Part shown: piece after piece, positions 19,263 to 29,658 of the stretch | Numbering within the stretch: position 1 is the first letter of the stretch | Layout: each line of letters begins with the position of its first letter | Assembly (NCBI GenBank): GCA_965197585.1 | Contig: OZ240215.1 | Span: 384,001 to 448,000, forward strand | DNA length: 64,000 nt | DNA from: Dehalococcoidia bacterium | GTDB lineage: Bacteria; Chloroflexota; Dehalococcoidia; Plut-88900 | Reading direction: 5' to 3' | Notes under the pieces: model-generated | Database searches by the model: none | What the model saw: only the letters and a program-made list of their open reading frames with translations | What the model was told of the DNA's origin: nothing | Translations under genes and position numbers: made by a program

Positions 19263-19336
19263 TGGGGAATCGTCTAGCGGTAGGACGACGGACTCTGGAT
19301 CCGTAAGCCCAGGTTCGAATCCTGGTTCCCCAGCCA
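19263..19336 (+). tRNA. tRNA-Gln(CTG)
   Basis: Cloverleaf; ACGGA-CTCTGGA-TCCGT anticodon arm, GTTCGAATC, encoded CCA. Confidence 0.97.
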
Positions 19337-19485
19337 ATTTCCTGGAAATCATTGATCTGATTGGTCCGCATTGGCCTTTCTAGGCTTGACCACTATATTC
19401 TATCGACAAACCAGCGATTCAAGGTTGCCTTCTTTGTTAAGGCTGCCTTCAAGACCGTAAGCCTGTCGGTAGACGTCAATTAGCT

Positions 19486-19683
19486 TCGCCACCAAAGATC
19501 CGCGAATTGGTTCTCGACTTGGAACGGGCGGGCTTCTTTAATCGAGGTGGACGGGGCAACCATCGTAACTTTGTACATCCTAACGTTCCTCGACCTGTTA
19601 CAATTTCCGGTAACATTGGAGATGATGCAAAGAACTACCAAAGACGTGCAGTTAGAACCGCCATTGAGGATTCAATGACATGA
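19486..19683 (+). pseudogene. hicA: HicA-family mRNA interferase toxin lacking its start codon
   Basis: (S)PPKIRELVLDLERAGFFNRGGRGNHRNFVHP..VTISG..GDDAKNYQ; TCG where Met is expected; no in-frame start back to the TAA at 19438; absent from the ORF track. Confidence 0.8.
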
Positions 19684-19919
19684 ATGACAGCGCCCGGTAC
19701 GTTAAAGTGGTCGAGTGGTCTGAACTTGACCAGTGCTACGTAGGAAGTGCTCCCGGGTTGGTCTATGGCGGATGTCATGGCGACGACGAGCGGTTAGTAT
19801 TTGAAGAACTTTGCCGGATTGTGGAAGAAGCAGTCGCATTGTATCGAGTTGACCACAAACCGTTGCCCCCGGCAACGTCAGGCCGTGATTTGGCAGCTAT
19901 TTTAGGAACTTCCCCCTAG
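19680..19919 (+). CDS. hicB: HicB-family antitoxin
   Basis: VEWSELDQCYVGSAPGL..GCHGDD; ATGA overlap with hicA. Confidence 0.8.
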   Translation: MNDSARYVKVVEWSELDQCYVGSAPGLVYGGCHGDDERLVFEELCRIVEEAVALYRVDHKPLPPATSGRDLAAILGTSP

Positions 19920-20056
19920 GACTGCCCGAGTCTGTTTCACAGCTCGTAGAACACAGTGCCGCCGCGTGGCCAAACAATGCTAGCACTCCTGATCTCCCCA
20001 GATTGCCATCAAAGAGCTAGCTGTTCCTCGTGTCGTTACCATCCCCTCATCTGCCC

Positions 20057-20575
20057 ATGACCAACCTCCCACACCCCCTTCCCGACATCCTAAGAGACAG
20101 CTTCCGTATCCGCACTACCATGACCCGACGCAGGTCAGGCAGCCAGCGGACTGTAGAGACCACCTACTACTGGAATGGCGCGGACGAGGTGGTTTTGTCG
20201 GGATACCCTGGGCGTCGTGACTGGGTAGCCAACATTGCTGCGAATCCGGTCGTCACCTTGCATACGGTGGAGTTCGAGCCCTGGTTTGAAATCCCAGGCC
20301 GCGCGTGCGTTCTCTGGAATACCAACGACCGGCTTCCTCACATTTTCAACTTCATCGGGCGGTGGGCCGAAAGGCCGGGCTTTCCCCGTCGCCGCTTTGC
20401 ATTTGCCCTTGCCGCAATCCAGTTGAATCGAAGGCTGCGATTGCCGTGGTGGGGTCCATTCTGGTTCGCCCGCAAGGTCCTCGACAACATGCCCTGTGTC
20501 GTAGTTACCTTCACCGGCTCTCCCATGCAGCGAATGTATGGCCCCCCTCCCCTCTCAGAGCCCCGCCCTCACTGA
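20057..20575 (+). CDS. Deazaflavin-dependent nitroreductase (DDN)-like protein
   Basis: TRRRSGSQRTV, GYPGRRDWVANIAANPVVT. Confidence 0.65.
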   Translation: MTNLPHPLPDILRDSFRIRTTMTRRRSGSQRTVETTYYWNGADEVVLSGYPGRRDWVANIAANPVVTLHTVEFEPWFEIPGRACVLWNTNDRLPHIFNFIGRWAERPGFPRRRFAFALAAIQLNRRLRLPWWGPFWFARKVLDNMPCVVVTFTGSPMQRMYGPPPLSEPRPH

Positions 20576-20695
20576 AATCAACGGCACGAGGGAGATTGTG
20601 CGTCGGTTGCCTGGATGAATTTGGGAACAAATATGCGCCGTGGTGCGTTTATACAAATGTATTCCTAATTCATCCTGGTTACGGAGGTTGACAAC

Positions 20696-21856
20696 ATGAG
20701 ATTCAAAATCAAGTCTGCACTGCTCCTGGCCATAGGAGTCAGTCTTGTCCTGTTGTCTATAGCTGCATGTCAGGGCGCGCCGGACTCATCCAACGCAACG
20801 TCGGAAGTGCCGTCAGGCAAGACCCCCGACGCATCGATTAACGGCGCCGTCACCTACCGGGAGCGGCTAACCCTCAGCCCGAGTGCTTCCGTAGTAATGG
20901 AGCTGCGAGATGTCTCCTATGCCGACGCTCCCGCTCCGCTCATCGCTCGTCAGACCATCTCAGACCCGGGACAAGTGCCCATCAAGTTCAAGGTCGACTA
21001 CAGCCGTGAAGACATCGACTCCCGCAACAGGTATTCAATAAGCGCCAGGATCATTGAATCAGACGGCCGCCTCGCCTTCATCAACGACACTGCCTATGAC
21101 GTAATTACTCACGGCAACCCTGACCGCGTAGACATGCTTTTGGTGCTGGTGGAACCTCCTCCTGACTTGGTAGACGATGCCGATGCTGATTGGCAGACGT
21201 GGGTGGAAGTCCCGGCTACGGTGATTTCGGCTAACCTGATGCCCAACGAGGCTGAACACTTTTTGCGTGTCGCCTACTACCAGTCGACCATAGAAGGCTG
21301 TGCCCGTCCTGGCAGCCAAAGTCTGAGATTGGAAGGTCACGATATTGTTGTGAGCGTCACACTGACCCAGCCACCGCCCACCGCTTGGTCGATCCCCTGT
21401 GACGAGCAGGTCGTGGAACTCGACACGGTAGAGCCAGTGGGATCGACACTCACGTCTGGAAAGCCCTACCGGGTAATAGTAAACGGTGGGGTGACCACTA
21501 CGTTCACTTTACCGGACCCCAACCTTGGATACACGTTCATAACCGAATCTCCCATCGAGAATTGGGAAGTGGAGATATTGGAAAGCTCGCCGCCTCAGTA
21601 CCAGCTGCGCGTGGTTTCCGGTATGCCCACCGGCAGCAGCTGCTCGCAGTTCAACGGCTTTGAAATCCGGCAAGTTGAGCCGCAACGCCTGGAAGTGCTC
21701 ATCACTCACCACGTAGTCGCCGACTCCTCCGCACGCTGCACCAGGGACTATCCCATAGTGGAGACTGTCATACCCCTCGGCTCCGACTTCGACCCCGGCA
21801 TGGAGTACGCCGTCAGCGTGAACGCCGAATCCGAAATGACATTCACAGCCCAATAG
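20696..21856 (+). CDS. YbaY-family lipoprotein with two Cys-paired C-terminal repeat domains
   Basis: Lipobox IAAC; GAVTYRERLTL..ELRDVSYADAPA..GQVPIKF. Confidence 0.8.
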   Translation: MRFKIKSALLLAIGVSLVLLSIAACQGAPDSSNATSEVPSGKTPDASINGAVTYRERLTLSPSASVVMELRDVSYADAPAPLIARQTISDPGQVPIKFKVDYSREDIDSRNRYSISARIIESDGRLAFINDTAYDVITHGNPDRVDMLLVLVEPPPDLVDDADADWQTWVEVPATVISANLMPNEAEHFLRVAYYQSTIEGCARPGSQSLRLEGHDIVVSVTLTQPPPTAWSIPCDEQVVELDTVEPVGSTLTSGKPYRVIVNGGVTTTFTLPDPNLGYTFITESPIENWEVEILESSPPQYQLRVVSGMPTGSSCSQFNGFEIRQVEPQRLEVLITHHVVADSSARCTRDYPIVETVIPLGSDFDPGMEYAVSVNAESEMTFTAQ

Positions 21857-21926
21857 CTTCCGCTTCCATACGGTCCCGTTGCCGTCTCCCCTCGTATAAG
21901 TGCGGAGCTAGGCTGGCTTTCTCATT

Positions 21927-24900
21927 CTAGTGGGCCCTCACCGTCACTATCACGCTATCTGTCGCCGAGCCACCTCCGCCGTCCGTGACCGTTAAAGTTA
22001 ATATGACAGTCTGAGGTACAACCCCAGGCGCGGGAGCTGTCCATACGGTGTCCTCCGAACTTTCGTCGGCAAAGTGCCCGATATCGGGGCTGGCAGTCCA
22101 GAAGTAGGAAAGCGTGTCGTTCTCCGGGTCGCTGGACGTGCCGTTCAGCGAGACCGCATTGCAGCCGTTCACGGTAGCCAAATCGGGCGAAACGGAAACC
22201 TTGGGCGCGCTGTTACCCGTTACCTGAGTAATGATGATCGTGTAGGTCCGTGTAGTGGCCCCATCCTCGGCGGTGACTGTCACTGCAATGCTTGTAATGC
22301 CAGGATGTACTGCTATCTGATGGCCTGCTCTGAGCACATCGGAGTCGACTGTGGGACCGAATGTCACAGTAGCGTTCGTTTCGGCGGTTGTGGCGGAGAC
22401 CGTTGCCTGGGTCACCGTACTGCCGACCGTTAAGGTATATAAGGTGGTCTCAGCCCTGAACTCGCTAATGTCCACAGGATTTACAGCGAGGGATCTCAGT
22501 GCGGCATCTGTCGAAGGCACCCGGGCGTTCACCACTTCAGACCAACCCCCGATTCCCACCGCGTTTCCAGCGGACACTCGCACGTCGTAGCTGGTTCCTG
22601 CAACAAGGACAACGGAGTCGAGAGTAGTGATCGTATATGTCGTGCCAGTCACGGTCCATTGGTCAATCACGGTGACGCATTCATCACTTCCCTCGATGTC
22701 TCCAGACCCACTTTCGTTCTCCCAGCCCTCATTCTCAGGACAACCCGGTGCGAGTGTGGACCTCCATTGCACCAGATATTCAGTAATTGGGTCACCTCCA
22801 TCGCTTAGAGGCGGGGACCACCTCACCGCCAAACCGTTGACGGCACGGCGATAAGTAGCCATCGGCGAGGTTGGAGCGGAGGGTATGCCTGACGCCACCT
22901 CCCCCGACACTCCGCTCGCGGTCTTCTCCGGTCCCCTCCGGTCGGTATACGTAGCCGTAGCCCGTAGATAGTTACCTATATCGGCAACCACCGGTGCATA
23001 ACTGGCTGTTGTGGTGTTGACGATGGTAACCCAGGGGCCATCGGAATTGTCAGAGTGCTCCCATAGCCAGGACTCGACAGCGCTGGCGGGAATGAGCCCC
23101 AAGTTGTCGAGCGGAATGTAGTTGTCCGGGTCCATCACCCTAGCGGTCATCACCTCTCCCACCTGCGGGGATAATGGTGAGAGCGACACGTTGCCGTCCT
23201 CCTCAACATCTACCACTCTGATGGTAACTCCTATAGCGTCGTCTACACTTAAGTCAGTGTTTCCGTGCGCATCCTTGCCATCCGACACCGATACAGTCAC
23301 CGCATATAAAACCTTGATTTCATAGTCCAGCGTTGTGCCTCCTGCCACCCCTATCTGCCCTGTGCCGTCGATCACGAAAGACGAGGCATCCATCCCACCC
23401 AGTACATAGGTAAGGCTATCGCTCTCTTCGTCTACAGCCTCTACCGGCTCGCCCACGTCGCCTCCTGCCCCACTTCCTTCATCCACGTAGCGCTCACCCG
23501 TTTCGGACACGGGAAACGAAGGCGTGCTGTTCACCGCCGCCACGATGATTTGTACTACGCTCGTATCACTCACCTCCAACTCATCGGTGACGGTCAAGGT
23601 CAAGGTGACGACCAGATCCTGATTCGTGGCTGGAGGAGCAGTCCATGTGGTGTCCTTCGCATCGGCGTCATCGAAGGTTCCGTCGCCTGACCAGGCATAG
23701 GTCAGCAGGCCTTGCTCAGGGTCAGACCCTCCGCCGGAAAGTGAGATCATCCCATCACCCTGGATGGTGTCGTTCGATGCGTAAGCTTCAGCTAATGGGC
23801 CCTGATTTGCCTCCACCGTCACGATAGCTGTAGCTGTCCCCTGCTCTCGCGGGGTGCCATTGTCAGTCATGGTGAGGATCAAGGTCACGGTCTGGACCTC
23901 GGCAAGGGGGGCGGGAGCCGTCCACGTAGTGTCCTCCATCATGGTGTCACCAAATTCACCGATGTTCGCTGGAGTCGTGGTCCAGATGTAAGTGAGCGTA
24001 TCCTCGGTGGAGTCGCTAGACGCGCCGTCGAGAGTGACAACTCCACGCCCGAGCACGCTCGCCGGGGAAGGTAAAGTGGTAACCGTGACGGTTGGCTTGC
24101 TGTTATCGTCATCGTCAATCGTTACGGAGACAATCCTGGTATCCGATTCGACACTAACGATGCTCTGGCTGGGCAAGCCCATCATCACGTCAAAGGTCTC
24201 TGCTTCCTCGTCTACATTATCCTGGACTATCGCAATGCCCACGTTTTTGGCTGCTCGATAGAAAGTGTCGCCATTTATCTGAATTGCAGAGAAGTCCCGT
24301 CCAGCAAAGACTAGGCTGTCGCTTAACTCCGCGTAGTCTTCGCCAGCCTTTGCAGATCCGTCCGAGGTCGTGATGGGAATCGAGAATTGGCCGTGAGGCA
24401 TTTGGTCGTATTCCGTGGCTACGGTAATGGTTACAGTTGCCTGGCCTATACCCTCGTTAACAGGATTAGGTGATACAGATAGCACAGCCTCAGACTCCGG
24501 CAAATCATCGTCCTCCACAACTATAGTGGCAGTTGCCCCGTCAGTATCAATGATGTACCAGTCCTCGGGCTTGATCCTCATCTCGATCGTGGAATGTTTC
24601 TCCCAAACGATGTCGTCGGCGGTCTCCACGCTGAACACTGCTGTAATCTGATTCGGCTCGATCTCCCGGAGCGGGGAAGTGTTTTCGATGGCGTCCGAGA
24701 GTATGTCCCCGTGTCCCTGGCCATAAATCACATCCAGTTCATCCATCCCCACCCGCACTTCCAGTACGTCCCCAGCCACCTCGGATCTTTCTATCTCGAA
24801 GCGCAGCAAGTTGCCCTCTGTGGCGGGATTGTCAGTCAACGTTGTTATACTGACCGAGGGTTTGGCCCTTGTTATAGCCATGCTGTAATCCTGCGCCGAG

Positions 24901-27900
24901 TCTCCTCTGACAACCCGAACTTTCAATGTGGTTTTACCAATCCCCAGGTAGACTTGGTGGCCGTCCGCCATATCGTCAAGATCGTCGTAAGGGTTATTGT
25001 ATGAGTCCAGGAAAGAGACTTCGGCGTTGGACTCGGATGTGGCGGTAATGGTTATCAGATGAGTCCCATACCCAACGTCGGGAACGTTATAGGAGAATTG
25101 GGTGGAAGAGAATGTAGTCGTGAGAGTGCCAGTGTTGACGGCCAGGGCAGTGAGGGCAGGAGGCCTCACAGTCACGTCATCGTCAGTAATCGTGATTGAT
25201 ATATTGTTGAAGCTGGAATCTAAAGTGACTAGATTGTCGGAGGGTCTACCCATGCCTACACTAAAGGACTCATCGTCTTCGTCAACGCTGTCCTGTAAGA
25301 TGGAAATGTCGGCGGTCTTGAAGGCTCGGTATCGAGTAATGCCATCTAGGTAGACCACGGCAAAGTCCGACTCGGGAAAAATTAACGTGGTATCCAGCGC
25401 CGTGTAGTCTTCACCTGACTCAGCTGTGCTGTCGGAAGTGGTTAAGGGAATCGTGGCCTTGCCGTGGGGTCTTTTGTCACCTTTTGTCGTCACTGTAATG
25501 GCGGCTATGGTCTCACCCATGTGCTCACCGATGGGATTGGGAGAAACGATAAGCACGGCCTCCGACTCCACGAAATCATCATCCTTCACGACAACCGAGG
25601 CAGTGCCACTTTCTAAATCAATGGCATAAAGGTCGTCCGCTACGACCTGCACCTCAATCTGGGAGTGGTTCTCCCAGGCGTTATCCCCCATTGTTTCCAC
25701 TTCCACAGTGGTCGTGGTATCGTTACTTGCAATTTCATAGGTCAGAGACACCCCTTCTTCGGAGTCGGGAAAGAGATCACCTGGGTCGGAGTTAGAGTCA
25801 ACACCCAGTTCGCTGGTGGCGACAGTGACGGTTAAGATGTCGCCTGCGGCCATTGACCTCTTCAATTCAAACCTGAGGGTGTCGCCTTCGGTACCGGGTC
25901 CGGTGGTCAAGGAACTAATGCTGACTGTGGGCTTTGCCCTTGTTATCACAAGGGTATAGTCCTGAGTGACTCCTCCCTTGGCTACCCTCACCTTGACGGT
26001 AGTATTCCCTATCTTGAGGGATACCTGCTGACCTTCGGTCATATCGTCGAGATCGACGATGACGCTATTGGAAGAGTCCAGAAAAGAGACTTCGGCACTG
26101 GACTCGGGTGTGGCGGTAATGGTCATAAGGTGAGTCCCATACCCAACATCGGGGATGTTGTAGGAGAGATGGCCGGAGGAGAACATTGGCGTTAGCGTAC
26201 CAGCGTTGATGGTCAAGCCAGTGAGGACTGGAGGCGTTACAGTCACGTCATCGTCAGTAATCGTGACGGATATATTGGCGGAGCCAGGGTCTAAAATGAC
26301 TAAATTGTCGGAGGGAGTTCCCATGGCAACGTCAAAGGACTCACTGTCTTCGTCAACGCTGTCCTGTGTGATGGAGATGTCAGTGGTTTTGAAGGCTCGG
26401 TATTGAGTATTACCACCTAGGTCGATCTGGGTGAAGTCCGACTCGGCGAAAGTTAGAGTCGTGTCCAGTTCCGTATAATCTTCCCCCGAGGTGGCCGTGT
26501 CATCAGAGGTGGTTAGGGGAATAGTGACCGTGCCGTGGGGTATTTGGTCACCTTTTGTAGTAGTGGTCACGGTGACTGTGGTTTTGCCCGCTCCTTCGCT
26601 CACTGGGTTCAGAGAAACACTAAGCACGGCCTCTGACTCCACGAATTCATCATCCTTCACGACAACCGAGGCAGTGCCACTTTCTGAGTCGATAGTGTAA
26701 GAGTCACCCGCCACGACCTCAACCTCGATCTTGGAGTGGTTCTCCCAGGTGTTATCCCCTATTGTTTCCACTTCTACAGTGACCGTGGTCTCGTTACTTG
26801 CGATTTCATAGGACAGATACGCCCCTTCTTCGGAGTTGGGGAAGAGATCGCCTGGGTCGGAGTCTGCGTCAACACCTAGCTCGCCGATGGCGACACTAAC
26901 GGCTAAGGCGTCGCCTGCAGCTATAGATCTCTTCAACTCGAATTTGAGGGTGTCGCCTTCGGTGCCTGGTCCGGTGGTCAAGGAACTAATGCTGACTGTG
27001 GGCTTTGCCCTTGCAATGGTGAGGGTGTAGTCCTGAGTAACTCCTCCCTTGGCAACTCTCACCTTGACGGTGGTACTGCCTATCTTGAGGGATACCTGCT
27101 GGCCTTCGGTCATATCGTCGAGATCGACGAGGACGCTATTGGAAGAGTCCAGAAAAGAGACTTCGGCACCTGACTCGGGTGCGGCGGTAATGGTTATAAG
27201 ATGAGTCCCATACCCAACGTCGGGGACGTTATAGGAGAGATGGCTGGAGGAGAACATTGGAGTTAGCGTGCCAGGGTTGATGGTCAAGCCAGTGAGGACT
27301 GGAAGCGTTACAGTCACGTCATCGTCAGTAATCGTGACGGATATATTGGCGGAGCCGGAGTCTAAAGTGACTAGCGTATCGGAGGGAGTGCCCATATCTA
27401 CATTAAAGGACTCACTGTCTTCGTCAACACTGTCCTGTGTGATGGAGATGTCAGCGGTCTTGATGGCTCTGTATCGAGTATTGCCTTCCAGGTCGATTTG
27501 GGTGAAGTCCGACTCGGCGAAAGTTAGAGTCGTGTCCAGTTCCGTATAATCTTCCCCCGATGTGGCTGTGCCGTTGGAAGTGGATAGGGGAATCGTGATC
27601 TTGCCGTGGGGTTTTTGGTCTCCTTTCGTCGTCACTGTGATGGTGGCTATGGTCTTACCCATGTCCTCGCCGATGGGATTAGGGGAGACGCTAAGCATGG
27701 CCTCCGACTCCACGAATTCATCATCCTTCACGACGATCGAGGCCCGACTGCTTTCCGTGTCAATGATGTACAAGTCGTCGCTCACTATCTTCATCTCGAT
27801 TTTTGAGTGGTTCTCCCATACCTCGTCCCCAGCAGTCTTAACCTTCACAATAGCAGTTGAGTCACCTGCCTCGATGTAGTACAGGGGCGACTTATCTTCC

Positions 27901-28721
27901 ACAGAGTCGGGCAGAATGTCATCGTGGACTTCGCCTGGGATCGCGTCGAGTTCATCCGCGGCTACCCGTACAGCCAGGAAGTCGGGCGCACCGGCAGACC
28001 TCATTATTTCGAACTGCAGCGTGTCGCCCTCGATAGCAGGTCCCGTGGTTAAGGCCCGGATGCTGACCGTGGGTTTGGATCTGGTTATGACTAGGGTGTA
28101 GTCCCGGTAAGGATCTCCCTTGTACACGCTTACATTGACCGTCGTCTCCCCTACGGCGAGGGATATCTGGTGGCCTGGGGTCATTTCGTCCAGGTCTTCC
28201 AGCGGTTTCCACGAAACGTCATAAAAGTAGGGGCCATCGATGCCGGGCCCCGCGGTGGCGGTGATAGTGAGGGTTCGATTGGAATATGGGACATCCGGTA
28301 CGGTGTAATTCACATGGTCACCGATGAAAGTGGGGGTGAGAGTTCCAGCGCTCACGCTGAGGGAAGTAAGAACAGGGTCACTAGATCGAATTTCACTGAG
28401 ATTGCTGGGATTTACGCTGTACCCGTTCCAGTAATCCACTGGGCTGAAACGGAGATCGAATAGACTGCCGTTACTGGTCTGACCTGGGTCGAGGTCAAGA
28501 TAATAGTCACCTGCATCCCCTGTGCCTGTGGTGCTGCCCTCAGATCCGGTGGACGGCAAAGAGGAATCCCTAAATCGAAGAGGGTTATCTCTGAGGACAT
28601 CGATTGAGTACTCTCTCAATTCGAGGTGTGGCTGTGGCGACCCGAGTGCCAAGGAGTCCCGCGAGCTCGGACCAATATCAGGTATAACTCCCGCTGCGGT
28701 TCCGAAAAGCAACGCCGCCAC
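21927..28721 (-). CDS. Giant surface adhesin: 4 x (cadherin-like beta-sandwich + Calx-beta) plus PKD, cadherin and FN3 domains
   Basis: 1071-nt periodic repeats (same motif at 25171, 26242, 27313), TATSGEDY, VTITDDD, LDYE, WSPPLSDGGDPITEYLVQW. Confidence 0.85.
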   Translation of the reverse strand: MAALLFGTAAGVIPDIGPSSRDSLALGSPQPHLELREYSIDVLRDNPLRFRDSSLPSTGSEGSTTGTGDAGDYYLDLDPGQTSNGSLFDLRFSPVDYWNGYSVNPSNLSEIRSSDPVLTSLSVSAGTLTPTFIGDHVNYTVPDVPYSNRTLTITATAGPGIDGPYFYDVSWKPLEDLDEMTPGHQISLAVGETTVNVSVYKGDPYRDYTLVITRSKPTVSIRALTTGPAIEGDTLQFEIMRSAGAPDFLAVRVAADELDAIPGEVHDDILPDSVEDKSPLYYIEAGDSTAIVKVKTAGDEVWENHSKIEMKIVSDDLYIIDTESSRASIVVKDDEFVESEAMLSVSPNPIGEDMGKTIATITVTTKGDQKPHGKITIPLSTSNGTATSGEDYTELDTTLTFAESDFTQIDLEGNTRYRAIKTADISITQDSVDEDSESFNVDMGTPSDTLVTLDSGSANISVTITDDDVTVTLPVLTGLTINPGTLTPMFSSSHLSYNVPDVGYGTHLITITAAPESGAEVSFLDSSNSVLVDLDDMTEGQQVSLKIGSTTVKVRVAKGGVTQDYTLTIARAKPTVSISSLTTGPGTEGDTLKFELKRSIAAGDALAVSVAIGELGVDADSDPGDLFPNSEEGAYLSYEIASNETTVTVEVETIGDNTWENHSKIEVEVVAGDSYTIDSESGTASVVVKDDEFVESEAVLSVSLNPVSEGAGKTTVTVTTTTKGDQIPHGTVTIPLTTSDDTATSGEDYTELDTTLTFAESDFTQIDLGGNTQYRAFKTTDISITQDSVDEDSESFDVAMGTPSDNLVILDPGSANISVTITDDDVTVTPPVLTGLTINAGTLTPMFSSGHLSYNIPDVGYGTHLMTITATPESSAEVSFLDSSNSVIVDLDDMTEGQQVSLKIGNTTVKVRVAKGGVTQDYTLVITRAKPTVSISSLTTGPGTEGDTLRFELKRSMAAGDILTVTVATSELGVDSNSDPGDLFPDSEEGVSLTYEIASNDTTTTVEVETMGDNAWENHSQIEVQVVADDLYAIDLESGTASVVVKDDDFVESEAVLIVSPNPIGEHMGETIAAITVTTKGDKRPHGKATIPLTTSDSTAESGEDYTALDTTLIFPESDFAVVYLDGITRYRAFKTADISILQDSVDEDDESFSVGMGRPSDNLVTLDSSFNNISITITDDDVTVRPPALTALAVNTGTLTTTFSSTQFSYNVPDVGYGTHLITITATSESNAEVSFLDSYNNPYDDLDDMADGHQVYLGIGKTTLKVRVVRGDSAQDYSMAITRAKPSVSITTLTDNPATEGNLLRFEIERSEVAGDVLEVRVGMDELDVIYGQGHGDILSDAIENTSPLREIEPNQITAVFSVETADDIVWEKHSTIEMRIKPEDWYIIDTDGATATIVVEDDDLPESEAVLSVSPNPVNEGIGQATVTITVATEYDQMPHGQFSIPITTSDGSAKAGEDYAELSDSLVFAGRDFSAIQINGDTFYRAAKNVGIAIVQDNVDEEAETFDVMMGLPSQSIVSVESDTRIVSVTIDDDDNSKPTVTVTTLPSPASVLGRGVVTLDGASSDSTEDTLTYIWTTTPANIGEFGDTMMEDTTWTAPAPLAEVQTVTLILTMTDNGTPREQGTATAIVTVEANQGPLAEAYASNDTIQGDGMISLSGGGSDPEQGLLTYAWSGDGTFDDADAKDTTWTAPPATNQDLVVTLTLTVTDELEVSDTSVVQIIVAAVNSTPSFPVSETGERYVDEGSGAGGDVGEPVEAVDEESDSLTYVLGGMDASSFVIDGTGQIGVAGGTTLDYEIKVLYAVTVSVSDGKDAHGNTDLSVDDAIGVTIRVVDVEEDGNVSLSPLSPQVGEVMTARVMDPDNYIPLDNLGLIPASAVESWLWEHSDNSDGPWVTIVNTTTASYAPVVADIGNYLRATATYTDRRGPEKTASGVSGEVASGIPSAPTSPMATYRRAVNGLAVRWSPPLSDGGDPITEYLVQWRSTLAPGCPENEGWENESGSGDIEGSDECVTVIDQWTVTGTTYTITTLDSVVLVAGTSYDVRVSAGNAVGIGGWSEVVNARVPSTDAALRSLAVNPVDISEFRAETTLYTLTVGSTVTQATVSATTAETNATVTFGPTVDSDVLRAGHQIAVHPGITSIAVTVTAEDGATTRTYTIIITQVTGNSAPKVSVSPDLATVNGCNAVSLNGTSSDPENDTLSYFWTASPDIGHFADESSEDTVWTAPAPGVVPQTVILTLTVTDGGGGSATDSVIVTVRAH

Positions 28722-29305
28722 CGCAATCCCTATGGCCCGGAGAGCTAGCAGACAACTCCAACCACGATCATCCCAAGAGCGCCACTTCCACCACGGATGT
28801 CCTATTCGCAGACGACCATTGCCAACGCCCGACTTCGGGCCTTGTGCCGAGGATGAGCCTTTGGGAATCGTCTCGATATCCTAGCTAAGCTCGACTCTAT
28901 TGCCCATGAAGACACTCGTCGCAACTCCTGCAATGCAGCAATAGGGAGAGATCATTTAGAGGGGCTTTGTAAACCATTCAGGATCCGCTCGGAGTACCTA
29001 ACCCGCAGGGACAAAGGAGAGCAACAAGCACTAGGTATGACTTCATGCATTCAATCCCAATAGATAGTGTACTACGAACATATCGTCTGATGCTACTAAC
29101 CAATCATACAGAAGTATCAGATACTTACGTTGGGGTCAAGCCCGCGTACGAACTAAAGTTGGAGGGTAGGCTAGGTGCTGGAACGCTCCTCGCAGACTTA
29201 TTGACCAGCACGTGAGACCGGGTTACAGCTCTCACTGCGAGGACAGAGGAGTGGTCCTTCGCTAGGGTCTGGAAAGGTGGGTTGGAGCAGTTGACAGGGA
29301 GGCGA

Positions 29306-29500
29306 CTACTCCAAGATGGGGTACCCGTAGTCGGGCTCAGAGGAGATGACATGGCCAGCCTCAGCTAGGAGGCTTGTGGTTGCTTCGGTGAAGCAGATGA
29401 TTTCTGGGCTGTGGGTTAATGGCCTTCTAAGAATCTCGTTACAGAGGGGTGAGCGAGAGGTATCCCATTGCACGTTCCAGTTAAGTACCGTCAAAGGCAT
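29306..29500 (-). pseudogene. Endonuclease/exonuclease/phosphatase-family N-terminal remnant
   Basis: LTVLNWNVQW..PEIICFTEA, then an early stop. Confidence 0.6.
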
Positions 29501-29658
29501 GATTGGTCTCTTGGCACATAGGCGGGAGGTTAGGTGAAAGGTCAGAGAAAGGTACGCCTGAGCGCACCATAGCCCGGGATGTCTTACTCTGGGCAAATGG
29601 GAAGGGAGCAGCCCACGCGCTTCAGGCCTAGTAGCCTCTTGCTCGACCGGGCATCAGC

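Noticed and set aside
29070-29090. GAACATATCGTC as a LexA box for the giant adhesin
   Set aside because: Only one good half-site and no convincing -35 element
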